Shown: piece by piece, positions 23,658 through 36,932 of the stretch | Position numbering within the stretch: position 1 is the stretch's first letter | Layout: each line of letters opens with the position of its first letter | Assembly (NCBI GenBank): GCA_013239625.1 | Contig: MU054323.1 | Location: forward strand, 9,517,186-9,581,185 | Origin: Lama guanicoe | Taxonomy: Eukaryota | Length of the DNA: 64,000 nucleotides | Reading direction: 5' to 3' | Program-made: the position numbers and the translations under genes | Notes under the pieces: model-generated | Database searches by the model: none | What the model was told of the DNA's origin: nothing | Seen by the model: the letters and a program-made list of their open reading frames with translations, nothing else

Positions 23658-24649
23658 ACCACGCTGGGGTCTCTTCTGACCCTGGCCAGCTACCTGCCTT
23701 CTCGGCCTCGGGCAGCTATGTGCCAGGTTCCACCCTCTTGCTCCTTGACACACTCACGTAAGATTGCCTGGCCACCCCCTACCCTTGGAGTGGCATAGAT
23801 GGGGCTTGCTGCCCACAGAGCTGAGAGTTGACTGAGTCAGGGTTTGCTTCAGACCCAGGAGGGGTCTCCAGCTCTGGTTCTAGCGTAGGGTGGTTGGCAG
23901 TTGCAGGACAGGGTGTGGTCACATGGCCTGGACCCTGGGCATTTCAAATCACCAGTCAGTCATAACAGCAGCCGGTGCTGGGGCAGTGTGATCTAGGAGC
24001 GGCCCTCCTGCCCCTGCCAACGTCTCGAGATCCACGTGGATCAGGCTCGTTGAAGATATGCCCGCACGTCTGTGAAGCAGGCCCAATCTCACCAGAAGTG
24101 CTGGCCGCTTTCCCCCGACACTTCCCTACAGCAAACCTGTGAAGTCAGCAAGTGAGGAGGGTGGCCCCTGTACCACAGATGAGAAGACAAAATCAGAGTG
24201 GTTAAGTGAGTAACCCATGATCAACAGCCAGTCAGTGCCAGTCAGGACTCAGCCTGGGCTCCTGGCTCCAGATCCAGTGCCACTTCTCACGTTTCTCCAT
24301 GACTCCAGTAAACAGATTTTTTTTTTCTTCCCCAGTGAAGGATGATGTACTACATACAGGGTTGTGAGCATGGAGATTATATGATTTTTAAAAAGACTTT
24401 CAGCCCCCTTAGCACAGGAGGAAGGTTTGGGCTGATTTTCTTAGGGGAACCAAACAACAGAAAGTGGCAATAGCCACTTCATATATCAAATGCCGGGGAC
24501 TCAGAACCAGTGTTTGCAAGATTTTATCTCTACCCCCAACAGTAACAGAAGTGGTGCTTGTAAATGGGCGACAGTCGCCTGTGTCTGTTTTAAACGCTTC
24601 TTGCTAGTTCAGCCCATCACTGAGCACTGTACCTGCACACAGAGTGCAG

Positions 24650-24725
24650 CCCAGGACTAATTAGTAAATGGCTATAAAACGCTTTGAAGATGAAAAGTGC
24701 CGTATACAAGAGCACGTTATTATTA
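24650..24725 (+). mobile_element. Ancient SINE 3' tail (MamSINE1/AmnSINE-like)
   Basis: ggactaattagtaaatggctataaaacgctttgaagatgaaaagtgccgtatacaagagcacgttattatta. Confidence 0.5.
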
Positions 24726-25054
24726 CCTCGTAAATCCTGTCTCCAGCTTACTCAGCCCTTGTAATTTTCAGTTGAATCTTTAGCTCAGCACAGACAAGGA
24801 GAAGGACCCAGATGTTATTAGAGTTTTCTAATAATAGCTGGAACATGGCATCTCCTGGGGGGCCGGGGAGGAGGCACATGAGACCTGGGCAGCGGATGTT
24901 CAGCCTTCTCCCAGGCACTCGGCTTCCTGAGCACCTGGCGCCAACAGGGAGACGTGTTGCGTTACAGAGCCCATTTTCTCCTGAGGATGAGCTGGAAAGA
25001 GTGTGAGCTTGAGGAGGAGAGACATTTATATCTGAATCCTGCTTCTGCCCATTT

Positions 25055-25190
25055 AGTGGCTGGTAAATATTTAACAAGCAGTCCTTCAGCAGTTTAAAAA
25101 AGAAGAGAAAAAACAGGAGGGGCCCTGGTTTGTATTGTTTGCCAGTTTCCATGTGTCAATACTCCCACTGTGACCGATTCCAAACTCCCC
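25055..25190. mobile_element. MER63-like hAT element fragment
   Basis: gctggtaaatatttaacaa...gccctggtttgtattgtttgccagtttccatgtgtcaatactcccac. Confidence 0.75.
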
Positions 25191-25279
25191 AGGGGGAGGT
25201 CCCTGGACACAGCTTGGGAAGAGCAGGGAGGATCGAGGGGTGGGGGCCTCCACTGGGTGAGAGGGCTCCAGTGTGCATC

Positions 25280-25437
25280 CTTAGTTAACCTCACCAAGTT
25301 TTGTTTTCCTCATCTGTAAAATGGGAATAAATACCATCTGCTTCACCGGGTTGTGAGCGTTAAATAAGAAAAGCACATAAAGCACAAAGTACGATGCTTG
25401 GCACACAGAAACGTTTGATAAATTGTGACTGTTATTA
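25280..25437 (+). mobile_element. MIR SINE
   Basis: ttttcctcatctgtaaaatgggaataaataccatctgcttcaccgggttgtgag...tgcttggcacacag. Confidence 0.8.
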
Positions 25438-27002
25438 ACGCAGACCAGAAAAAGGCTTTTCTGATGTTGACTTTGGCCTTCCTCTAAAAAGTCAGAACGC
25501 CCCTGTTAAAACGTCCTGCCAATAGAATATGGCCTTTGGAAGAGTAACCCTGCCCATATTACTAGGCGGACGAAACGAGGTCGTCCTGATTTTAACGAAT
25601 GGAGAGGATTAGACGTGTCCGTGAGAGTTCCCTCCACCTCTGCCTCCACACCAGGTCTGGCTTTGCCTCCGGGCAGGTGCTCCGGCTCTCACGGTGACCT
25701 GCTTCTTTGCCCAGCCCCCATCTCCGCACAGGCAGGAAAATCAGAGCAACACAAACCACTTTTGATTCTGACTTAGTTTCGGTTCCTGACAGCTACAGAC
25801 CCTTGTTCTGGAGTCACAACCAAGCCAGAGAAATGACCACATTCGGTTTGCCTCTTGCTTGGACCTATAAATAGAATGAACCCAGAACCTGCTCCAGTTC
25901 ATGGGGACCGGCCTGTCCCACAGTTAAGAACAGCGTCTAATGGTCAGATGACCTCGAATTCACTGGTGCGTTTAAAAATGAAAATAAGAGGAGAAACATG
26001 AACTTTTTGTTTATGCATCTATAGGGCCCACATGTAGCACCAGGAGAGTGAAAGTCAGGACCAGACAAGTAATAGATAAGGTGCTGAGCAGAGTGATGGC
26101 CAGCACTCCACTACCGCCCTTACTGAGCTGTGAATGACATTGCAAACTAGCTACTTTTCTAATCCTCACAACTAAGTCAGTGTTATTACCCTCATCTTAC
26201 AGATAAAGATAGAAAGTAAACCCCGAAGAGGCAAAATATTGTACCTACAGACAGGAAACAGGTCTGTTTCCTTACTCTTCCATTCACTGTACTTTCCCAT
26301 CCTTCCTCCATCTCCCTCTTTCCATACCCTTACTTTTTACACAGAGGAAGTGAACTCAGGTCTCTGTTTCCTCCTACGTCCTCTTTCCATCTTCCCCAAA
26401 TGAAGAGATGTTTATTGAGCATCTACAATATACAAAGCCCCGAATAAGACATTCATAGACTTATTTTTGCCATTTTCCCCAGGAGGAGAGGTGCTTGGCA
26501 TGATTGGGACTGGCCAAGATCAGATGGGAGCAGGAGTGGCACCCAGGGCTGCTGGTGCCAAGGCTGGACTTCCCACAGGGGGTTCTGTGTGTCTGTGCAC
26601 CCAGCTAAGACATGGAGAAGCAGTCTTCGTCTATGCAGATAGGACTAGCTATGTGGCTACCTAAATATATATAAATACCAGCGGACTTTTCAGATGGTTG
26701 AGCCGGGGCCAGCCCACAATTTGAAAAAATCTGACTTCAAAGCTTGTGCCATATTCTCAGGTTAAAATTCAACACATACTCAGTTGAAATATGGCCTAGT
26801 ATCTGGGGAAAACAAGATGAAAATAGTTATTGTAATCATGAAGGAAAATTACCAAGGTGTTACCAAAGACGGCAGGATTCATGACTGACTCCAGGTTAAA
26901 TATGAAATCATTCCAAGGGCTGTTTCCTAACATAGCTCATGTTTTCCTCCTCCAGGGTTCCCACATTGGCTCCTTCAGTCTTCCTGTTCCCCTTGGTCTT
27001 GC

Positions 27003-27142
27003 TTTTGTTTGTTTTTGGAGGGGTGGGTGGGGCATTATTTAGGTTTATTTATTTATTTATCTTTTGGGGATTGAACTGGGGATTGAACCCAGGAACTTGT
27101 GCATGTTAAGCACATGCTCTACCACTGAGCTATACCCTCCCC
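27003..27142 (-). mobile_element. Camelid tRNA-derived SINE (Vic-1 type)
   Basis: Minus strand reads ggggagggtatagctcagtggtagagcatgtgcttaacatgcacaagttcctgggttcaatcccc (A and B boxes), then (aaat)n-aaacctaa, a C-rich tract and an A-rich tail. Confidence 0.88.
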
Positions 27143-28424
27143 GACTCTGATCGCCTTGGAAGAGCCACACTTTACAAGCCTGTGGGGTTATGCTTGAGGT
27201 CATGATAAATTATGACTAATGGTGGCAATAAAAGTAGCCCCACGAGCAACCCAGGAATGACCAGGAGGGCCCTCCCTGCTCTGGGCCAGCTGCCTAGGCA
27301 CCAGCTTGGGATGAGACAAATGGTGGGGGACAGACCCACCACCCCCTTCTCCAAAGCCCCAGGGAGCAGGGTCCCTCTACAGAAGGGCCCTCATCCCACA
27401 GACGCTGGAGCACGCCCTTTGAGCCAGTGTGGGACCTGCCCAAGAAAACCCATCCCTTTGGATGCCACCCTCATACTCCTGCCACAGCTCCCAGAGCCCA
27501 GTGGCTGTCTGGGCAGATGCCAATGGAGTAGAAGCTAGGAGGGTACCAGGCGCCCCCTAGAAGCAAGGTGGTGGGTGGGTGTTCATAATTGCCCCCTCGA
27601 GCACCGTGCGTGATATTCTAGGCCGTGTTCCGGGTCCTTCGCATCCATCACCTTCTTGGTCCCCTGACCCTTCAGAGAACTAGGACAGGCCACCACGGCA
27701 CAGAGAGCCCACGGGAGGCATGAGGGCTCCGGTGGCAATTCCTGAGAAGACCAAAAAGCATTTGAGGAAGCCAATGTCTGCAGAATAACAGTACCACCTC
27801 CCTAGGGGAAATTTTGAAGGGATCACGAGTCATTTGGGTGCATAAGTTCAAGGAGGTTCATGGAGGGATTTTACCTTGGGCTCACTTTATAGCCCAGCTG
27901 AGGCTGGTGTCATGCCTGGGGACATGCGGTCTGGGGCAGGGGTCAGCTGAGTGGCCAGACTGCCCTGAGGGGAGACTCCTTGGTGGGTGCCTCATTCATC
28001 TTGAATCACTCGTGCACCCCCCGCCACACACACACACACAGCCGGGCTTGAGATGGCCCCGGTACTGCTGATCCTGCCTCAGTGCCCATCCCCAGGACTC
28101 AACACAGGCCCAGGTCTGGGAGGACTGCTCACCCCGACTCCACCCCCAGCTCTCGGCTTGTGTGGGCTGGTGGGTTGCACAACCTGGCTGTCTCTCCTGA
28201 CTTTCCACCAGCACCAACACCCCAGGCTGCCCTCTGGGGTGCCCTCTTCCTTCACCTGCTGTGGCCCCAGCCACCCAGAACTGGTGGCCCCTGGAACCTC
28301 GCCCACTCCAGCTGCTGGTCAGTCAGCAGCCGGTAGCCACCAGGGAGCAACTCCTTCACAGAAGTCACTGCAGACTGGAGCCTCGCGTGGGTGAGACCAA
28401 GCCCTGGACTAATTGGCTTGTTGT

Positions 28425-28662
28425 CGGAGTTGAGGCCTGTGGGCTCTGGAGCCAGCCTGCCTGAGTCAAATCCTGCCTCCCCCACTTACTAGAGGCATGA
28501 ACTTGAGCAAGCCACTTAACCTAAGTTGCCTACCCTGTGAAATGGGCAACTACCTACCTCCTGGGCCTGGAAGAGGACTCAGTGAATTCGGATGCATGAG
28601 ATGCTTAGAGCAGCATGGGCACAGAGGAAGTGCTCAGGAAAGGCTCTCTATAGTGTTATTGT
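28425..28662 (+). mobile_element. MIR SINE, near full length
   Basis: gggctctggagccagcctgcctgagtcaaatcctgcctcccccacttactag...ttgagcaagccacttaacct...tgtgaaatggg...tgcttagagcag. Confidence 0.85.
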
Positions 28663-30029
28663 CTTTTAGGTCGCTCGTTGCCTTTTTATTCCTTCCTTTC
28701 CTTCCCTATCCCTGCCCTTATGCTTCAAGTGACCAAAGAAAAAGTCCTTTTCTACCCCTGCCCTAAAGTCACATAGATGCCACTCCCTCCATCAGCCCCC
28801 CCAGGCCCGCTGCCCCTGGGGCTGTTCACGTGCCCAACCCCCTCCCCTCAGCGGCCCTCATTGAGCCTTGCTGAGTGACGAATTTGACCTGGGGTCCCCA
28901 ATTCTTCACTTCCGTCAAGCTGCTTGGACCCCTTGTTTCAAAAAGTTTTGCTTATTAAACTGCATTTATTTCATAATCATTTATTTCCCCTTTGAAACCA
29001 ATGACTTACATACTTGCTAGAGATTCCAGTGAGCACTGGAGACTGGAACTTACATCACTGAGTGGGCATGTTTCCAGTCCAAACTAGAACACTTTACTAG
29101 CCAGGGGTTCCTTCTCACTGGCAGAGCATAAACATTAGCCACCCTTAAAATCTTGACTGTCAATGACGGACCCCTTTACTGCTTTCCAGACCCCAGGTTG
29201 TAAAGCCTGGTGTGCCTGAGGCCAGGCCCACAGTCTGACTGGAGAGGCGGGAGGAGCTCCCAGTGTAACCATCACAGCTGTGGGCTCCCCCTCCAGCACC
29301 CCCTCCCCATGTGCCCACATGTGAGCTGCCCTGGTCTTGACAGGCCTCCCAGAGAGAGAGACACAGGTCTGGAGAAGACAGCATCATCCAGAAACCTTGA
29401 GGAGGGTCCCAAACCTGTGGAAGGGTGACCAGGCTTGTAGAGGCTGTAGGAAGAAGGGCCAGGGCCATCCTGGAGCCCTAGGCCTGCACTGAGATGGGCC
29501 GAGTTCAAGGAGGACGCAGGTGAGCCCAGGCTCAGACAGGTCAGGATAAACAGACGTGAAGTAGAACAGAAACTGCCCAGCCAGGCAGCCCTCCATTTGT
29601 TCCCCACATGTTTATCGGGCTCTTTCTACGTGCCCAGGAGTGGGAGCTGCTTCCAGGGAGAAGTAGGAACTGAATCCCATTGATGCATTAGACAGACATC
29701 TGTCAGCACCCTGACTGATCCTGGTACTGATGCTGTGCTGATGATAAGACCAGCCCTGTCCCCAAAGAGCCTGGAAGATAAGACGAGTCCACACCACCTG
29801 CTGCTGATGGGGGGAGGCAGTGATAAGTTATGTGGGAGAGCAGCAGATCCACAATCTTTACTGCCAGGCCATGCAAATCAGAGAGGGCTTCCTGGAGGAG
29901 GGGCCAGCTAAACAGAGATGCAGCCTCTTGGCCCTACCAATATTTCATCCCTTTACCTTGCTGTGGTGTTTCAGCCTCTGGTCCGGCTCTGCAGCTGGGC
30001 CGAGGAACATATGATACCTAGTTTGGAGG

Positions 30030-30300
30030 CTTTCAATGATTTCTGGAGCATCTACCTGGTGCCTGGCACTGTTCTAGACACTGGAGATAACAGCAGTAAA
30101 TAGGGTACAACCATCCCTGCCCTCGTGGAGCTTCCATTCCCACTGGGGAGAGACAGCCTGAACTGGGTATGTAGGAGATTGTGCATACGGTAGGAGATAA
30201 AGGAGGAGCAGAAATAAAGCGGGGGTGGGGTGGAAGCGTGCTTTTAATCAGGGTGGTCAGGGAAGGCCTCGCTCAGGTGACATCTGAACCAAGACCTAAG
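30030..30300 (-). mobile_element. L2 LINE 3' fragment
   Basis: gagcatctacctggtgcctggcactgttctagacactggagata...ccctgccctcgtggagctt...gggtggtcagggaaggcctc...aggtgacatctgaacc. Confidence 0.8.
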
Positions 30301-31129
30301 GGGGAAAATTGAAAGGGGTGGGGCACAGCCCTCCCTCTCCCCCTCCCAGAAGCTGCCCCATTCCCAGGCCTGGATATCAGCTTGCCCTGGGCCCCCCGGG
30401 GACCCAGAGAGTTAGTCCCAGCATGGAGCATCCAGAGGTGGCGGCAAAGAGCGGCAAAGCAAGAAGCCTGGGCTGAGTCCTGGCCACCACTCTGGGGCCA
30501 TGAGGGGTGTTAACTTCTCTGAGCCTCAGGTCCCTCATCTGTAAAATAATGAGTCCTCCTATAAGGCAGACTGGGCTTGGAGAAGCTTCAGGAACCGTGA
30601 TATGTCACAGCAAGCAGTTTGGCTCGGCCAACACTTAACACAGAGTACCCCCTGCTGCGGGGCTGGGACGAGATGAGAGTGCCACGTGCTGAGAGTGCCA
30701 AAGATGCTGATGCCCATCCCGCCTGCGCTCTCTAGCTGGCCCGGCAGAGGGTGGAGGGAGGGCAGGGAGCAGGTGGGCCACATTCTCCCACCTCGCAGCT
30801 CTGGAGAACCCGACATAGGCAAATAGGGTCCCCTGGGGTGCCTGAGAACAGTCCACAGTGAGTCCTGCCGGGTAGATCTGCTTCTCAGGTCTTGGATCAG
30901 CCCGAGGAGGGGTGACCTGGAAGGTGCCCACCTGAACAGATGTCAGCCAGTAACAAGCTTCCAACCCTCCATGTCACTCCTGTGAAAACTGTTAGTATCT
31001 CAGTCTTTTTCCCATTGAAGGGAGCAGAGGACAGACATCACCCATGACCCATCCTCCTAACATGGCCACGTTGGGTGGGTAGGTATTTAACAGTGAGCAG
31101 CAAATTCTTTGTACCTGTTCCGTGGCAGG

Positions 31130-31405
31130 AAATGGTAGCCCAGCGAGGTCTGAGGAACAAAGGCATTTCCTTCCAGTCTTTCTGTTCACTTTCAACATGT
31201 TTAAAACCAATGTAAAACAATTAAGTGTTCTGTTTTGCTTTCTACTTAACATTATTTCATGCGTGTTCGCCATCTTGCTACAGTCTGCACAGCTGCCTTC
31301 AGAAGATCTACCTCATATTTCTCCATAGTTTCTACACCACTTTTATTTTGGGCCATTTGAATTGTTTCTTGATTTTCCCTATTATAAATATGTTCCATAC
31401 ATTAT
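31130..31405 (-). mobile_element. Old L1M (L1ME-like) 3' fragment
   Basis: AT-rich tgttctgttttgctttctacttaacattat...gggccatttgaattgtttc...ctattataaata. Confidence 0.55.
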
Positions 31406-34400
31406 TAGTTAAACCAAAGACTAACGGAGGGTGACCAATTAGTGAGCAATAGGGACATGAGTGTGGTGGTGGTGGGCCAGTTCATGCCTGGAAGACTCCA
31501 GAACAGGGGGACATAGGGGAATGTGCTGCAATATTCTGGCCGGTGGTGGAGGAAGCACTGAGGTGGGTGGGACAGCGAGGAGAGTGTCACGTCTCCAGGC
31601 TGAGCTTGGGATGGGAGGGCGAGAAGGGAGGCAGTCTCTGAAATGGTTGGCTTCTAAAGGCCTTCCCAGAAAGGCTATGGTGTCCAGCTGCTGCAGGCTT
31701 GTGAGCAGGGGAGCCCCTGAAGGCTTGTGAGCAGGGGAGGGACAGGATCAAAGTGATATTTAAGGAAGGTTTGTCCATGCAGTGGTTGGAGGTCAGCCAG
31801 TAAAGGGCAGAGGGAGCCTAGGCCAGCAGCTTCTGAAAGAATCACACCTTGCAGTGGGGCCAGAGAATGTGGAAGTAAAAAGGGGCTCTTGAGATAGAAT
31901 CCAGCTAGGGAATCAGAAACTGTGGCTTGGGAGAGGTGACACTTGTTTTGCCCCATGGGCTTTGACAGGTGGGAGCCGGGCAAAAACATCCCAGATGGAG
32001 GCAGCTGCAGGGTCACTGGCTGCACCAAAGGAAAGGCTCTCGGCCCAGAGACGGGATGGTGACGAGTCCGCTCTGTTGAGTGTCCTGCTCTGCGCCAGCC
32101 CCGGATTCAGCCCTTCCCCACACCATCTCTCACCCTCACAATGACCCTAAGAGGTAAAAGTTTGTATCCCCATTTTATAGACAAGAAAATTGAGTCCCCA
32201 CAGAATGGCCCCCTGGCTCATACAAGGCATCGCTAGGAGTAGAGTTCAGGTCTCCGGGCGCCCTCTTCCACCTGGGGGCTGGGCGCACGTGGTGGGCTCG
32301 GGGCTGAGGAGAAGGGGAGGTGAGCTAAGCGGGGAGATCTGCGGCCACGCCCACACGGCCCGGGTGCTGCCGGCTCTGGGAAGGGCTACGGGGCCCCCCC
32401 GCACCAGCCTCCTCAGAGGCAGCTCCCTGGGCAGTGAGGAGCAACCTGGGGTCCAGTCCTCACTCTCCCAGCACCCTCAGCCCCACTCTCTGCCCCTACT
32501 CCTGCCGCTCTGTGCGAAAGGCAGACAGCAGGGAGCCTCGCCCAGGCAATGGATGACCTTTACTCTGGCACTTATGAATGGGCCACTAATGTCCAGGCTT
32601 CTAAGGGCCATCAAGCCCGTCTGGGCCAATGCTAACACAGGTGGGCAAACTGAGGCCCAGAGATGGGCAGGGACCCAGCATGAGGCTACAACCTGATCTG
32701 ACTCCCAGTGCTTTTTCATCTGCCTCTTTGACTTAGCTGAGGCAGGGACCAAACCGACTGGTTTCCAGCACTGCGGGGGCCGGTGTGAGGATAAGGGGGT
32801 TAGGAAGACCTCAGGGGCCCCGTGGAAGGTAAGAGGGGCCAGTTTGTACAGGGAGGGGAGGGGAGGGGTTGAAAGTGCAGCCCCAGCCTCCCAGCTACTC
32901 AGCAGACCTGTGCCCTGGGCTGCAGCCGCCCAGAGGGCGCACCTTCTTCCAATTTGCCAATAAGCCCTGTAGAGACCACTTGCAGCCCTGATTCAGGCCA
33001 CCTGCCCCATTCTAGAAAGGATCCCTGACCGGCAGGGTAGTGGCTTCAGCTGGCTGTTGGAGAGACCCTCAGCCTGAGGGAGGACAGGAGGGCGCAGGGG
33101 CACCCGGAGCGCTGGCCCGGCCCTGGGCTGGCTGCCTCTTTCCTCCTGCCCGGCCTGGGCACCAAGATCTGCTTCTGTTTCCAGGTACTGTTTCCTCACA
33201 TTGTGCTCATTCCTGTGAGGGCTACGGGCACCTGCTTTGGGCTCCTGCCTCTTCCCACCTGGCCCCTGGCCCACTCAGAGCCCCATGAGGCCTGCCCTTA
33301 CCTTGCATGTGGGGCTGCCACACCTGCCTGGCTGCAGTTGGCCAGGCCTCAGCTCTCAGGGCCCCTTGCCTGGCTCTGAGCCCCCAGGGACCTGGCAGCT
33401 CCCCACCTGTGCTGATTGGGCATCCTGTCCCCGGGGCCGGTGAGGCGCCACACACGTGCCAGAGCTGACCTCCCTTTGCCTTGTGTGTTGTGTGATCTTG
33501 GCAAGACTGTCCCCTTGAGTCCCGGTGTGGGTTCTACCCCCATCCTCACAGTGTGTCCTGAGCTGTGGACCCTCCCCTGGGCCCCCTACGCCTTCCCTCT
33601 CCATGAGGAGGCTCAGAGCCTCCCGATAGTGACCAAGGCTGGGGAAGGAAGCTTTGTGTTTGTTGTCTCCTTTCTTCCAGGGGCTCAAAGCACTTTTATA
33701 AGCACTAATCACCTTTATCCACCCCGCTGTTGTCTTGTTTGCTCTTTGTATTTTATTGTTAGCTGAGGTGTTGTGTTTATCCCTCGGGCACCCAGCAAGG
33801 GGAATCCCCCACCCAGAGGTGGCGCGGGCACAGGACGCCTCGGCCAGGTCCCGCCCTGCCTGCTGCCCGACTCCTTCTCCCATACCTGCCTTTGACCCCC
33901 GCACCCGCCCAGCCAGCAGGGAAGGTGTCCCTGGGAGACCACTGACGGTTGAGTGGTGAGGCGGTGGCCCTAGAGGCCACGAGGTGCAGGGAGGAAAGGC
34001 GTGGGGCAGGAAGCCTAGGCTCCTGTGCACTGTTCCTGTGCGACCTTGGGCCAGTCCCTTCGCCTCTGAACCTGGTTTTATGGATATATACAAAGGAGGT
34101 AATGAGACTCTTGTGACTGTCAAATCGGATTCCATGACAGTAATCTGTAAGTGCCACAGCTCTGGGCAAACATCCAGGGCATTGCACTCCCCTCCAGGAC
34201 AAGGGTCGGTTGAGATGACTCCGTGGGGATGTCAGCCCAGAATCCCACTTGGATTCTAAGATGAAAGGAGATTGCTCCCTTCTCCCTGCATGGCCCTGAG
34301 CCCAAGTGGCTGGGGGATTGGGCAGGGGAGGGAGATGGGTCAGAAATCAGCCTCCGGGGCCCCCAGTAGATGGCCTGACCTGAAGGGGCTCCTTCCCGTG

Positions 34401-34854
34401 CTCCACACCACGGGTAGCTTATGTTGTTGGTGACCCTCAGACGCAGGGGGTCTTCACAGTGCCTTCAAGTGGGGCGAGTGTGATGCCCGCCCCGCTAGTG
34501 CCTGTCGGTGCAGGGCCACCTGTTGGGCAGCAGGATTTGCTAGTGTGGTGCTGGCCTGCCCGGACGAAGGGATGCCTTCTCTGCCTCCGAGGTTGCTGTC
34601 TGCTGATTGAGCCTTGCCCCCCGCGGGGGCTGAGCCTGCAAGGATACGTGCTTCATTCTAATCCACACAAAGGTGCCCGGTGTCTGGTGGAGCCCCTGCC
34701 CGACTGGGACGCTGTCTGGGACAGGCCACAGTGGGCAGCCCAGCCCCACCACCTTGCTCCACAGTGGGCTCACCTTGCCCAGGCCCCTGGTGCCGCCCCA
34801 GAGCAGTGGAAAGCATCCCAGCATTTCCTCCTAAATTCACCAGTATAATAACAA

Positions 34855-35177
34855 TACACATCCCCTAGTCCCTTGTCTGCAATTCCAAACTCCCCAAACC
34901 TCTGAAAACCCAAAGTGTTTTTCATAACTTATTTCACAACAAAACCTCGCCTGATCAAATGTGAGGCTATCTATCTATAACTTTTCCCACTTAGGGTTAA
35001 TATTCATGGGTGTTAATGAGGAAATACTGATGTTTCTTCTTGGGGTGCTGCCCAGGCCTGACCGGATTATATGAGGTATGGGAATAGGCACTATATTACC
35101 TTTCTAAAAATGCAAACTTGTGTATAACTCTGAAACACAAATGACCAAAGAAACCAGAAGAAATTACAGATCTGTAA
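34855..35177. mobile_element. TcMar-Tigger element (MER46C/Tigger15-like)
   Basis: tcccttgtctgcaattccaaactcc...ctctgaaaacccaaagtgtttttcataac...tattacctttctaaaa...ctgaaacaca...ctgTA. Confidence 0.65.
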
Positions 35178-35184
35178 AAGCAGC

Positions 35185-35392
35185 ACTTAATGTAAGCCTT
35201 GTCATATCCCAGACACTGTGCTGAGTATTTCCCTCAGGTAATCCCAACAACTCAACTTATTTCCATTTTATCAATGAGGAAACTGAAGCCCGGGATGTTC
35301 AATCACTTTGCCAGTCACAGAGTTAACTAAAGGTGGTGCCAAGATTTGAACCCCAGCAATCCGGCTCCCTGCTGTTAACCCTACACTGTAAA
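35185..35392 (-). mobile_element. MIR SINE
   Basis: ttccattttatcaatgaggaaactgaagcc...cacttTgccagtcacag...aagatttgaaccccagcaatccggctcc. Confidence 0.75.
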
Positions 35393-35954
35393 GATGAGGA
35401 GCTTGTGGTCCAGAAGGAAGAAGGACTTGCTTGAGGCCATCCAGGGCCATCCAGCAGGGAGCTGGGTCTGGGTCCTGGAGCATCCGCCCGCCCTCTGTCC
35501 ACAGGGGCCAGAGGGGGGTGGTAAGCCCCCCAGTTGTTCAGGGGCTCACAGCCTACTCAGCCTGAGTTTGTCCAGCCCACCAGGGAGAGTTTAAAATAGA
35601 AGTTCCCGCAGAAAGTCTTAAGATCTTACTGGATTGAAACCAGATGACCCTGTGCAAACAGACCCACCAACAGGCACGTGGTCTGGGCATGTGCAGAGCC
35701 CCACGCCTGTTCTCAGCCTGCCCCCGGGAGGGAAGCTCCCCTGGGGGTTCAGAGAGGCCGGCGAGACACAGGACACTGGACGGGACAGGCCTTGGCTGAT
35801 GGGCAGGGGCACTTTCGCTGGCTCCATCTGTTTTCCCGTTTCTGAAGCTGGATGGAAAATGTGGGAGAGCGTTTCCCCATTGCCACATGCTCCCGGTAGT
35901 TTCTCTCCTCCACTGACTTGTGCTTCCGAAAATTTGCTCCTTGATTTGCACACC

Positions 35955-36340
35955 CTCATTCATGCAGCAAACATCCAGAACATTCCCGGCTCGGAGACCT
36001 GGCTGTGTGGGAAACACTCGGGACACAGTCCTGCCCTTCAGAAAGCTCCAGACACACTCAGTCATTGCAGCAAGGCTGGAAGTTTAGACTGGGGGTGCAA
36101 GAGTGATCCCCGGTTGGTCAGGGGGCGCTTCTCGGAGGCAGTGATAAGCAGGAACCTGGAGGCAGGGAGAAGGCGTGTTCTAGGCCAGGGGACAGGCCTG
36201 GTCAGTCCAGCACAGGATGCATAGAGGTGGCGGAGGGTGGGGCAGGGGCAGGAGGGAGGTAGGCCTGGGCACCGTTAAGGGACCTCCCCGCCCCACTGAG
36301 CTGATCCTGAGGCAGCTGGGGAGGCAGGAGAGGATTTCAT
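35955..36340 (-). mobile_element. L2 LINE fragment
   Basis: tcattcatgcagcaaacat...cacagtcctgcccttcagaaagctc...ggtcagggggcgcttctcggaggcagtga. Confidence 0.55.
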
Positions 36341-36649
36341 GTCTTCCCTGATCCAGGCTAGTCTAGCAAGACACAGCTCCCGGCAGTGGCCACGTGGAAG
36401 TGGCCTGAGCAGTTTCCATACCAGTCTCCTCTGGGACAGGGCCTGTCCCTGTCACCTCAGTAGCCCAGCTCCTGATACAGGGCTGAGCTCTTTAGGGACA
36501 GATCACTCAGCCGAGGTGACTCAAGGGCCAAGATGTGACCTGTGTGCTATACGACAATCTTGAGGTCTAATTTCTGTGACTAGAAATCAGTCTGCTGCCT
36601 AGAAGGATGAGACCCTCAGGGAACTCTGCACCTGAACTGAGTTTTATCT

Positions 36650-36932
36650 GAGGTTAAGAAATCATTGTTAACTTTATCAACAACTGCTGAGACTTGGCAT
36701 TGTGATGACATAAACAAACAAATGAACAAACTCAATCTGTTGGAGATAAAAATGGAAGTATTTATGGGTAATAATATGATGTCTAGGATTGTTTTAAAAT
36801 ATTTTTAAAAAGTAGGATGGGAAGTGAAAGAGATTAGAAAATGTGGACGAGGGCTGAAGCTGAGTGGTGGGCTCACGGGGGTCGTGATACGCCTTTATCC
36901 TCTTCTGTATGTTTGGACTTTTGCATGATTTG
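36650..36932 (+). mobile_element. Old L1M (L1MC/ME-like) 3' end
   Basis: gaagtatttatgggt...atgatgtctaggattgttttaaaata...gctgaagctgagtggtgggctcacggggg...ttctgtatgtttgga. Confidence 0.75.

Noticed and set aside
27070..27142. tRNA-like sequence with A and B boxes
   Set aside because: It is the head of a tRNA-derived SINE with the SINE tail attached, not a tRNA gene.
33356..34135. Longest ORF in the track (259 aa) and similar 150-235 aa ORFs (e.g. 16438-17061, 35634-36224, 56579-57262, 57129-57836)
   Set aside because: Pro/Gly/Ser/Arg-rich translations of GC-rich DNA, overlapping on both strands and running through repeats, with no recognisable domain. Expected by chance.
34363..34374. CTCF-like core CCAGTAGATGGC (weaker matches near 27550 and 32930)
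   Set aside because: Core-only matches are frequent in GC-rich DNA and cannot be supported without PWM scoring or ChIP data.
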